A stretch of 11,938 nucleotides of DNA. Source: Armatimonadota bacterium (GTDB lineage Bacteria; Vulcanimicrobiota; JACPDS01; JBDRKI01). The number at the start of each line of letters is the position of its first letter. Within the stretch, counting starts at the first letter, position 1. The position numbers and the translations under genes are program-made. Positions 1 through 8,379 of this stretch are shown in pieces. Under the pieces are notes generated by a model, which worked only from the letters and a program-made list of their open reading frames with translations, did no database searches and was not told the DNA's origin. Location of the stretch: contig JBDRKI010000088.1 of the NCBI GenBank assembly GCA_043814095.1, forward strand, positions 1 to 11,938, in the 5' to 3' direction.

Positions 1-49
1 GCCGCTTTAATTCAAAAGCTTTACACATGATAATGTCCTCTCTGGTCAT
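1..49 (-). CDS. 5' fragment of a probable ISNCY/IS1202-family transposase (MTREDIIMCKAFELKR..., truncated by window edge)
   Basis: SD AGGGAGG (plus 55-61) lies 5 nt upstream of the ATG at 49-47. The translation resembles the M-x-x-x-D-I-I...E-L-K-R N-terminus of these transposases. Only 16 codons are visible. Confidence 0.55.
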   Translation of the reverse strand, partial: MTREDIIMCKAFELKR

Positions 50-137
50 AATTCCCTCCCTTTACAGGATATTATGACCTATAATTTTGTGACATTTCTA
101 CTTTGGTTAATTAGGACATTATCATTTTTGTATTACA
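1..137 (-). mobile_element. Left end of a probable ISNCY/IS1202-like (DDE) insertion sequence, running off the window
   Basis: The minus strand starts 5'-TGTAATAC at 137 (TGT terminus). Three GA(C/T)ATT-core direct repeats lie at ~23-24 bp spacing (67-78 ggatattatgac, 90-101 tgacatttctac, 114-125 ggacattatcat). An SD plus ATG at 49 starts a transposase-like N-terminus. The family call is from recalled end architecture, not a search. Confidence 0.6.
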
Positions 138-156
138 GATAATACGGATATTTTAA

Positions 157-753
157 TCAGGAGCAGTATTTTAAAATATATTTCTTCATTTTCAGAAAAG
201 CTTTGGCGCGGTGGCTTATCTTGTTTTTCTCTTTCATTGAGATCTGGGCCATTGTTTTTTCATGCGCGGGAAGATAAAAAACAGGGTCGTATCCAAATCC
301 GTGTTTGCCGGTTATTTTGTAATATATAAATCCGGCGCATTGTCCCGTGGTTTTAAAAACTTTTCCGCTTGGCGCAATTAAAACACAGCAGCATACGAAC
401 TTAGCCGATCTTTTACTTTTGGGCAGGCTTTTTAATTTTTCTAATATTTTTAAGTTTTTCTCGTAGAAAGGGGTATCTTTTCCAATAAACCGGGAAGAAA
501 GAATCCCCGGTTTATTATCTAATATTTTTATCTCCAGTCCGGAATCATCGGCAAGGACTGGCAGGTTAGTCATTTTCGCGAATGCCTTTGCTTTTTTCAG
601 CGCGTTCGCAAAATATGTTTTACCGTTTTCTTTTACATCTGTATTTTTTATTCCTAAATCTTTAGGCGTGCATAGTTCGATACCCGTTCCTTTTAAAATG
701 TTTTTAATTTCTTTAACCTTATGTTTGTTATCCGTGGCCATTAATATTTTCAT
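157..753 (-). CDS. rdgB: Non-canonical purine NTP pyrophosphatase (dITP/XTP pyrophosphatase, RdgB/HAM1 family)
   Basis: 198 aa with family motifs ATxNxxKxxE, ExGxTxxxNAxxKA, ADDSGL, PGxxSxRF, GFGYDPVF and KNxISHR. AAGGAAG lies upstream of the ATG. Confidence 0.96.
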   Translation of the reverse strand: MKILMATDNKHKVKEIKNILKGTGIELCTPKDLGIKNTDVKENGKTYFANALKKAKAFAKMTNLPVLADDSGLEIKILDNKPGILSSRFIGKDTPFYEKNLKILEKLKSLPKSKRSAKFVCCCVLIAPSGKVFKTTGQCAGFIYYKITGKHGFGYDPVFYLPAHEKTMAQISMKEKNKISHRAKAFLKMKKYILKYCS

Positions 754-775
754 GATTCTGCTTCCTTATAAAATA

Positions 776-811
776 ATAGGGGCGGGTATTAACCCGTCCC
801 TGTATTTTTTT
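776..811. terminator. GC-rich hairpin; possible (bidirectional) intrinsic terminator or REP-like element
   Basis: AGGGGCGGGT-atta-ACCCGTCCCT (778-801) forms a 10-bp stem with one G-U pair on the plus strand. A T-run follows on the plus side (805-811) and an AT-rich tract on the minus side. Confidence 0.45.
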
Positions 812-844
812 ACTTTTTATTCCTCCTTTTTATTAAGGAGGTCT

Positions 845-2062
845 TTACCTTATTTCAAGCTGTACTGTTCCGGTGGTTGAACTCGGAGATATAAGAGGAG
901 GGGTTGGAATAGAGGGTTTTGCTCCTCCCGCGACTCCGGTTGTTCCGCCGCCTGTATCCCCCGTTCCGGTTCCGATTCCGTCTCCGTCCGAAGATGCATC
1001 GGGTGCAGCCGAAGATGTAAATGGCGTTGTGAGCTCCGATATGCCTTCAGCTGTTGTCGGGTCTGCTCCGGCTGGCGCGCCGGCTGGAGCGCCTCCCGGA
1101 GGCGTCTGGTTTGCCGCTGCAGTTAAATTGTTGGGCACAAAGGGCGCCGGCGCGGGTCTGGACGGCGGGGTGCCTGTTCCCGTTCTTGTGACTGCCGGCT
1201 GTCCGTCTATAGGAGAGACAAAAACTGTCTGTACTGTAAACTGATTTCCCGTCGGGGACTGGTAGGTGTTTGACGGCTGGGCCATAAACATTCCAGCCTG
1301 GACACGGGTTATGCTGCTGCGCGCAGCGCCTGTGCCACTGATCATTCCGGCTGTTATAAAGTTTGATAAAGCAAGAGGTGAAGTTGATGCCTGCAGGTTT
1401 TCTGTTTCTCGTCCGTATACTGCTATTCTGTCGCCGGGTTTTATCTCAGATTGGCCGTTTCTTTCTGCGACAATGGTATCGCTGTCCAGGTTGATCTTTT
1501 TTATTCCTTCATCGGTTTCCAGGGTGATTTTATTTCCGTCTGAATACAGAACCCTGCCTTTGCACAGGTAAGTGGAAGTAACCTCTATTGTTCCCTCTGT
1601 GGATGTTACGCTTGTAAGGAGGTTATCTCCTGTATCAACAAGCATTTTACTTCCTCTTATTGTAGCAAGAGCGGTAGGTGTCTGTATTTTAAAGGAGTTT
1701 TTTGAATTTTTCTTTACCTCTATAAATGTTTTGCCGAATAAACGCAGGGTATAAACAGTTTTGCTTTCACTGTCTTCGCGTGTCTGTATTTTAAATAAAG
1801 TCATCTCGCCTATCAGGATTTCGCCGCCGTTTGCAAACTTTAATATTGCTTTTGAATTTTCTTTTGTTTGTATGACTGTTCCCACCGGGAGTTCCATGCT
1901 TTTCCCTGTTAATTTACTCCATTGAGCCTGTCCCGGCATCTTGTATATAACAGTGCCTTTTATAATGTGAAGTTTTCCGTCTTGCGGGGCTGAATATAAT
2001 GGGGTCAGCGCGGAAAATAAAAAGATTGTTACTAGGAATAGAGCTGTTATGTTTCTTTTCAT
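845..2062 (-). CDS. Secreted/surface FecR-domain protein with a probable OB-fold-like (DUF5666-like) segment and a Pro/Gly/Thr/Ala-rich tail
   Basis: Sec-type signal peptide (MKRNITALFLVTIFLFSALTPLYSA). FecR signatures G-x-V, GTVIQTKENSKAILKF, FKIQTPTALATIRGS and VTSTEGTIEV (aa ~28-163). Low-complexity region at aa ~285-395. SD GAGG at plus 2068-2071. Confidence 0.8.
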   Translation of the reverse strand: MKRNITALFLVTIFLFSALTPLYSAPQDGKLHIIKGTVIYKMPGQAQWSKLTGKSMELPVGTVIQTKENSKAILKFANGGEILIGEMTLFKIQTREDSESKTVYTLRLFGKTFIEVKKNSKNSFKIQTPTALATIRGSKMLVDTGDNLLTSVTSTEGTIEVTSTYLCKGRVLYSDGNKITLETDEGIKKINLDSDTIVAERNGQSEIKPGDRIAVYGRETENLQASTSPLALSNFITAGMISGTGAARSSITRVQAGMFMAQPSNTYQSPTGNQFTVQTVFVSPIDGQPAVTRTGTGTPPSRPAPAPFVPNNLTAAANQTPPGGAPAGAPAGADPTTAEGISELTTPFTSSAAPDASSDGDGIGTGTGDTGGGTTGVAGGAKPSIPTPPLISPSSTTGTVQLEIR

Positions 2063-2107
2063 ATAAACCTCACAAGGTATATTAGGAAACTATCATAGTC
2101 TACTTAT

Positions 2108-2137
2108 ATTCTATAATAAAATGCACTAATCCTTCAA
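2108..2137 (-). promoter_or_regulatory. Possible sigma70-type promoter for the FecR-domain gene
   Basis: Minus strand TTGAAG (2137-2132), 18 nt, TAGAAT (2113-2108). The AT-rich context makes a chance match plausible. Confidence 0.35.
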
Positions 2138-2149
2138 GTGTTATATGCA

Positions 2150-3025
2150 TTAAACTTCTATTACTTTTTCTTCCTCTGCCAGGAATATGTCGGCGTCACA
2201 ATCTATAGACCGGGCGTAATTCTGCGATTCGGACAGCATTTTATCTAAAAATTTATCCGGATGGTCGGGATCGTGGTGGAATAATACAAGCTTTTTGACC
2301 CCGGCTTCCCTGGCGACCTGAACCGCGTATTTCCAGTTTGAATGACCCCACCCGGCTTTTTGTATGTGTTCTTCGGGGGTATACTGCGCGTCATGTATAA
2401 GCAGATCAACACCTTTTATAAATTCTACAAATTCAAAGTCCCCTTTTTTAAATTCGCTTTTATAATCTTTCTGATCAAGCGAAGGGATATGATAAGATTC
2501 ATTGTCCGTGCAGTAAGCGAGCGCTTTGCCGTTGTGTTCTATTTTAAATCCAAGGGTGGGGGAAGTGTGGTTTAAATATTTTGCTTTTACCGTTACCCCG
2601 TCAATGACAGCTTCATTGCCTTTTAGCTCCTGAATGGATATTCTGGATTTAAGATCGGTTAATTTCACGGGGAAGTATCTGTATTCCATCTGTCCCGCAA
2701 GAGTGTCTTCCAGTTTTTTATTTAAATCATACGGGCCGTATATAATAAACTGGTTGCCTTCAATAAATGCCGGCCCGAAGAAAGGAAAGCCCTGTATATG
2801 GTCCCAGTGGGTGTGGCTTAGCAGTATATGAGATTTAATGTTTTTATCCGGGTAGTGTGTGAGGATATTTTTGCCCAGGGCTCTTATGCCTGACCCGCAG
2901 TCAAAAATAATAAATTTATCTTCTTCCATTATCAGCTGCGCGCAGGCCGTGTTCCCGCCGTATTTTGCGGTATCGGCTCCCGGAGCCGGGATTGAACCTC
3001 TTACCCCCCAGAATCTTATTTTCAT
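2150..3025 (-). CDS. MBL-fold metallo-hydrolase (RNase Z/BN- or PhnP-like phosphodiesterase subfamily)
   Basis: MKIRFWGVRGS...YGGNTAC start, DCGSG, the metal motif HTHWDH, then NH, DNE, DAQY, WGHS and FHHDP. The start is placed at ATG 3025 (AAGGA upstream) rather than the TTG at 3046 in the ORF track. Confidence 0.9.
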   Translation of the reverse strand: MKIRFWGVRGSIPAPGADTAKYGGNTACAQLIMEEDKFIIFDCGSGIRALGKNILTHYPDKNIKSHILLSHTHWDHIQGFPFFGPAFIEGNQFIIYGPYDLNKKLEDTLAGQMEYRYFPVKLTDLKSRISIQELKGNEAVIDGVTVKAKYLNHTSPTLGFKIEHNGKALAYCTDNESYHIPSLDQKDYKSEFKKGDFEFVEFIKGVDLLIHDAQYTPEEHIQKAGWGHSNWKYAVQVAREAGVKKLVLFHHDPDHPDKFLDKMLSESQNYARSIDCDADIFLAEEEKVIEV

Positions 3026-3100
3026 GATATTTTCCTTTTCAAACAATTTTTCTTTAATTTAAATTTCTCTTTGTATGAAAATTATTCCTTTGAAAACAAC

Positions 3101-3134
3101 AAAAAAGAGAGCCCCCTTTGAAAGGAGGCTCTCT
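3101..3134 (-). terminator. Rho-independent terminator of groES-groEL
   Basis: Minus strand AGAGAGCCTCCTT-TCA-AAGGGGGCTCTCT followed by a U-tract, 19 nt after the groEL stop. The single imperfect pair is G-U only on the minus-strand RNA. Confidence 0.9.
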
Positions 3135-3153
3135 AAATCCCGTAAGATTTAAC

Positions 3154-4806
<1,653 letters not shown>

Positions 4807-4812
4807 CTAAAA

Positions 4813-5127
4813 TTATTTTGTAATTATGCCGAAAAGTTCGTTTTCTCTTACGATAAGATAATCTTCGCCGTTAAGTTTTATCTCGGTGCCGGAGTATTTT
4901 CCGTAAAGAACGGTATCGCCTGTTTTAACTTCCATAGGAACTTTCTGACCGTTTTCCAGGATTTTTCCGGTGCCTACGGCTACAATTTTACCTTCCTGGG
5001 GTTTTTCTTTCACGCTGTCGGGAAGTATTACTCCCCCTCTTGTTACTTCTTCTGTTGGCAGAGGTTTTATAACTACTCTGTCACCCAGGGGTTTCAACTG
5101 GACATTTTTTTCTGTTTTTGTTGCCAT
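4813..5127 (-). CDS. groS: Co-chaperonin GroES (Cpn10)
   Basis: 104 aa with LKPLGDRVV, the mobile loop [21 protein letters not shown] and [17 protein letters not shown] is present; the gene lies directly upstream of groEL. Confidence 0.99.
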   Translation of the reverse strand: MATKTEKNVQLKPLGDRVVIKPLPTEEVTRGGVILPDSVKEKPQEGKIVAVGTGKILENGQKVPMEVKTGDTVLYGKYSGTEIKLNGEDYLIVRENELFGIITK

Positions 5128-5184
5128 TTTTATCCTCCTTTTAAAATATTAAAGCCCGTAAAAGGACTTGATTTTATAGTGCAA

Positions 5185-5211
5185 TTAGCACTCTCGTCCG
5201 CAGAGTGCTAA
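5185..5211. promoter_or_regulatory. CIRCE element (HrcA operator)
   Basis: Exact consensus TTAGCACTC-N9(tcgtccgca)-GAGTGCTAA, located between the groES promoter and start codon. Confidence 0.98.
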
Positions 5212-5221
5212 TCCAGTAGTT

Positions 5222-5249
5222 ATTATATACAAAGGTATAATTTTGTCAA
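5222..5249 (-). promoter_or_regulatory. sigma70/sigA promoter of groESL
   Basis: Minus strand TTGACA (5249-5244), 16 nt, TATAAT (5227-5222). Both hexamers are perfect and the -10 lies 10 nt upstream of CIRCE, the standard HrcA arrangement. Confidence 0.88.
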
Positions 5250-5290
5250 GTGCATTTACATATATATAAAGGCTTTCATAAGGGAGGAAA

Positions 5291-5331
5291 TGTTAACAAA
5301 ATGTTAACAAATTATTAACAAATTGTTAACA
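5291..5331. promoter_or_regulatory. Four phased T(G/A)TTAACA boxes at 11-bp period; probable OmpR/PhoB-family (Pho-box-like) operator
   Basis: TGTTAACA at 5291, 5302 and 5324 and TATTAACA at 5313. This is TTAACA x4 with 5-nt spacers, immediately upstream of the predicted plus-strand promoter. Confidence 0.7.
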
Positions 5332-5333
5332 TC

Positions 5334-5362
5334 TTAAAATCAATTTAAGGATAAAATATAAT
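5334..5362 (+). promoter_or_regulatory. Probable sigma70-type promoter of the caspase operon (weak -35, perfect -10)
   Basis: TTAAAA (5334-5339), 17 nt, TATAAT (5357-5362). SD GGAGG at 5400-5404 precedes ATG 5409. Confidence 0.5.
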
Positions 5363-5408
5363 TGAGGGCTTCTATATTGGGGGAAATTTACCGCCCTTTG
5401 GAGGCATT

Positions 5409-8363
5409 ATGACCCATATAACTTCGACCGCAAATATTAATTTTTCGGAACAACAGCCGGCTTTAAATAAAACTCCGGATGCTAAATATATTTCAAGCAT
5501 TGTGGATGAGAAAGCCAAAGAAGGCCCTGTTTTCATAATTGTTGCCGGTATTAATAAATATGATCCGGCTGTTTACGGACCGCCGGAAGATGTAAGCTTA
5601 AATTACTGTGTTAATGACGCAAACAGTTATGACAAGTATTTCAGCGACAGAAAAAAGACAAGCAAACACTGGAAAAATGTAAGGGTTCTTAAATTAACGG
5701 ATGATCAAGCCACAACCGAGAACCTGAAAAAATTATTTAAGGCGGCGGGAGCCAAGAACCCGAGTCTTGTCATGTTTATAAACTCAAGCCACGGCACAAA
5801 TGACGGGACAAGACCCTATTTATGCATGCATGACAGGCCTTACAGTATGGACGAATTGACGCTGGACAGGAACAGGTATTTCGCGGACTCCCAGTTTATA
5901 TCAATACTGGATTCCTGCTACAGCGGCGGGTTTGCCGCGCCTAAAGACGCGGGTCCGGAGGTAAAATCAAGATTCTGGGAATGGAAAGATAAATCAACAG
6001 CCGCTTTTAACGCGGAGAAATTTGTAAAGAATGACAAACTTATACATAAAGGCGATATAGTTATCGCATCATGCAAATTTAACCAGACCAGCATAGAGCT
6101 TCCTTTCTTTCTGGATTTAAAAAAAATGCCTGATAGGAAAAACGGGCACGGACTGTTTTCTGGAAGTTTTTTAAAGGCCGGCCATAATCCAAAATGGGTA
6201 GATAGAGGGTACGGCAATGATGACGGCACTGCGTCCTTTGAAGAAAACTTTGAAGCGGCCCGGCATTATATGCAGGTAATACTGAACACTTTATTTCCTG
6301 ACGGCGGGTTTAAGCAGGATCCTCAGATGCTTGATTCGGATCTTAGTAAAGAGCAGCCCCTTATAGATGTTAAGGAAATAAAAGGGGGCGGGATTCTTAA
6401 TCCTAAGGAATCTAATATAAAAGTGAAACCAAGCAATGTTCTGACAGTTGAGCATAAAGATACACCTTCTTTAAAAGATACCCGTTTTAATTTTCCGGTA
6501 TTAGAACAGACATCCGGCATAAGCACAGTTAAGGAAGATCAATCTTTAAAACATGGCCGTAAATTTGTTCTTGTTATAGGCATAGATGATTACATATATA
6601 ATGTGCCGGATCTCTCATGCTGTGAGAATGACGCAAACGGGATAGTTCAGTGTCTCGGGGACAAATGGGAAGGCGCTGCTGTCACGAGGCTTTTAAGCAG
6701 AAACGCGACAAAAGCCAATATAATGAACTGGTTTGTTTCGTTAAAAGATCAGCTTAAAGCTAATGATCAGGTGTTCATTGCGTATTCCGGCCACGGCACA
6801 AATGACGGGTATAACGGATATTTATGTCCCGCCGACACAAAATCAAACAGCATAAGTTCTCTTATAAGCGGTGATGAGCTTGCCGAGTGGAGAACATGGC
6901 TCGGTCCCGCGGTTGTCTCATATACGATTGACTCATGCTTCTCGGGAAAGATCCCGGAAGATTTTGACAATGTGAAGAAACCCGGTGATTATAAAGTACC
7001 TTCTAATGTAAGGTATCTTCCTATGGAGTTTACCAAATCTAATTTCAACCAGGATTATTTTTACGCGAAACTGCTGTGGAACGCGACAGGCGGATATAGA
7101 AGTTCCGCTCCTACCATTATACTGACGGCTTCAAGCGCCGATCAGTACAGCCAGGAGGACCCTAATCTTAGAGTGGAAGGCCTGCCTTACAGAGGTTACG
7201 GCGCGTTTATGGGCTGGCTCATGAAGGGGCTCGGTGTAGGTGATGCGACCGGATATGCCGATAAAAACCAGGATAAAAATATATCAATGGCTGATGAAGC
7301 ATATAAATGGACATATGAAGCGGTGTCGCAGAAATACAGGGACCAGAATCCCAACGTATTTTATTCCGGCGCTTACGGCGGAGACTGGTATAACTGGTAT
7401 ATAAAAGGGACGGATCCCGATGAGAAGCTAGATTCCACAGGATGGATAAAAGATGCGGGCGTAGGTTCGCCTGCGGTAACTGATACGGCAAAAACCGGGA
7501 AGATAGAAGATAAACCTAAAACCACAGAAGAAGGTAATGTTTTTGTTCTTTCCATAGGTGTTAACAGATATGATTCGTTAAAATATCTCCAGCAGTACGG
7601 GACAATACCCAGCACCTTAAAATATTGTGTTAATGACGCAAGAGGTGTTGCCGGCAAATTCCAGGGCAAGCTGAGTCCTCCGGAAAATATTGCGCTTCTT
7701 GAGGACAATCAGGCCACATGGGCTAATGTTCAGGCTCAGGTTGCGGCCATAAAGCAAAATATGCGTCCCGAGGATAAACTTGTAATATACAGTTCAAGCC
7801 ACGGCACGAATGACGGCAAAGACGGTTATATCTGCCTGTATGACAGGATGGTCAGCGGAACAGAACTCGGAATTTTAAGCGATATAGCGGGGGTTGATAA
7901 TCAAGTAGCCTTTATATTCGACTCCTGCCAGAACGGGGCTTTGATAGGCAAAGGCGCGGACGAGAAAACCGTTATCGGCGAAGGCGCTAAATATTTTAAA
8001 TGGGAAAAGTCAAAAGATAATTTTGTTCAAGCACAGGAGCTTCTTGTAAAGGGGTTGATAAAACCCAATATATTTGTGTTTACATCCTGCAAGGGGGATC
8101 AGTACAGTTCTGAAAGCCCGAGGCTTGAGCACGGATTATTCACCTACGCGCTGCTTCAGGGAATGGATGAGAAGAACTATCTTGATTATATGAAAGACGG
8201 CGATATATCCATGGAAGACCTTGTCAGGTACGCGTCATGGAGGACATATCTTTTAAGCTTAAAGCCGGATTTGCACTCCCAGAATGTCATGCAGTACCCG
8301 CAGAACCCCCAGTATCTGGATAATGATAAAGAAAAAGAATTTGTAGTGAAGGATTTAAAGTAA
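5409..8363 (+). CDS. Triple caspase-family (peptidase C14, metacaspase-like) domain protein
   Basis: Three ~280-aa repeats, each with GIxxY/GVxxY, LxxCxNDA, S(S/G)HGTNDG, DSC, (A/T)S...Q-x-S-x-E, G-x-F and QxP. Catalytic dyads are H128/C170, H462/C510 and H798/C840. No signal peptide or TM segment is visible. Confidence 0.93.
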   Translation: MTHITSTANINFSEQQPALNKTPDAKYISSIVDEKAKEGPVFIIVAGINKYDPAVYGPPEDVSLNYCVNDANSYDKYFSDRKKTSKHWKNVRVLKLTDDQATTENLKKLFKAAGAKNPSLVMFINSSHGTNDGTRPYLCMHDRPYSMDELTLDRNRYFADSQFISILDSCYSGGFAAPKDAGPEVKSRFWEWKDKSTAAFNAEKFVKNDKLIHKGDIVIASCKFNQTSIELPFFLDLKKMPDRKNGHGLFSGSFLKAGHNPKWVDRGYGNDDGTASFEENFEAARHYMQVILNTLFPDGGFKQDPQMLDSDLSKEQPLIDVKEIKGGGILNPKESNIKVKPSNVLTVEHKDTPSLKDTRFNFPVLEQTSGISTVKEDQSLKHGRKFVLVIGIDDYIYNVPDLSCCENDANGIVQCLGDKWEGAAVTRLLSRNATKANIMNWFVSLKDQLKANDQVFIAYSGHGTNDGYNGYLCPADTKSNSISSLISGDELAEWRTWLGPAVVSYTIDSCFSGKIPEDFDNVKKPGDYKVPSNVRYLPMEFTKSNFNQDYFYAKLLWNATGGYRSSAPTIILTASSADQYSQEDPNLRVEGLPYRGYGAFMGWLMKGLGVGDATGYADKNQDKNISMADEAYKWTYEAVSQKYRDQNPNVFYSGAYGGDWYNWYIKGTDPDEKLDSTGWIKDAGVGSPAVTDTAKTGKIEDKPKTTEEGNVFVLSIGVNRYDSLKYLQQYGTIPSTLKYCVNDARGVAGKFQGKLSPPENIALLEDNQATWANVQAQVAAIKQNMRPEDKLVIYSSSHGTNDGKDGYICLYDRMVSGTELGILSDIAGVDNQVAFIFDSCQNGALIGKGADEKTVIGEGAKYFKWEKSKDNFVQAQELLVKGLIKPNIFVFTSCKGDQYSSESPRLEHGLFTYALLQGMDEKNYLDYMKDGDISMEDLVRYASWRTYLLSLKPDLHSQNVMQYPQNPQYLDNDKEKEFVVKDLK

Positions 8364-8379
8364 AAGGAGACTTTGTATT

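Noticed and set aside
130-170. Possible dif/Xer-like site beside the IS1202-like end (some members of this family insert next to Xer sites)
   Set aside because: There is only a loose AT-rich resemblance to the XerD arm, the spacing is out of register, and there is no convincing XerC arm.
2150-3025. MBL hydrolase as a beta-lactamase or as part of the caspase system
   Set aside because: Its motifs fit the RNase Z/PhnP-like phosphodiesterase group and it has no signal peptide. It is separated from the caspase operon by groESL and lies on the opposite strand.
3026-3046. TTG start for the MBL hydrolase given in the ORF track
   Set aside because: The ATG at 3025 has an SD-like AAGGA upstream and gives the family-typical MKIRFWGVRGS N-terminus.
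668-3062. Plus-strand ORFs overlapping rdgB, the FecR gene and the MBL gene
   Set aside because: They are antisense to well-supported genes, and their composition mirrors the sense-strand codons.
5291-5331. CRISPR array or iteron interpretation of the TGTTAACA repeats
   Set aside because: The unit is only 11 bp with no unique spacers, and there are no cas or rep genes in the window. An operator array fits better.
5363-5400. Structured 5' leader or riboswitch ahead of the triple-caspase gene
   Set aside because: Only a weak GAGGGC/GCCCTT pairing is present in a ~40-nt leader, with no recognisable aptamer.
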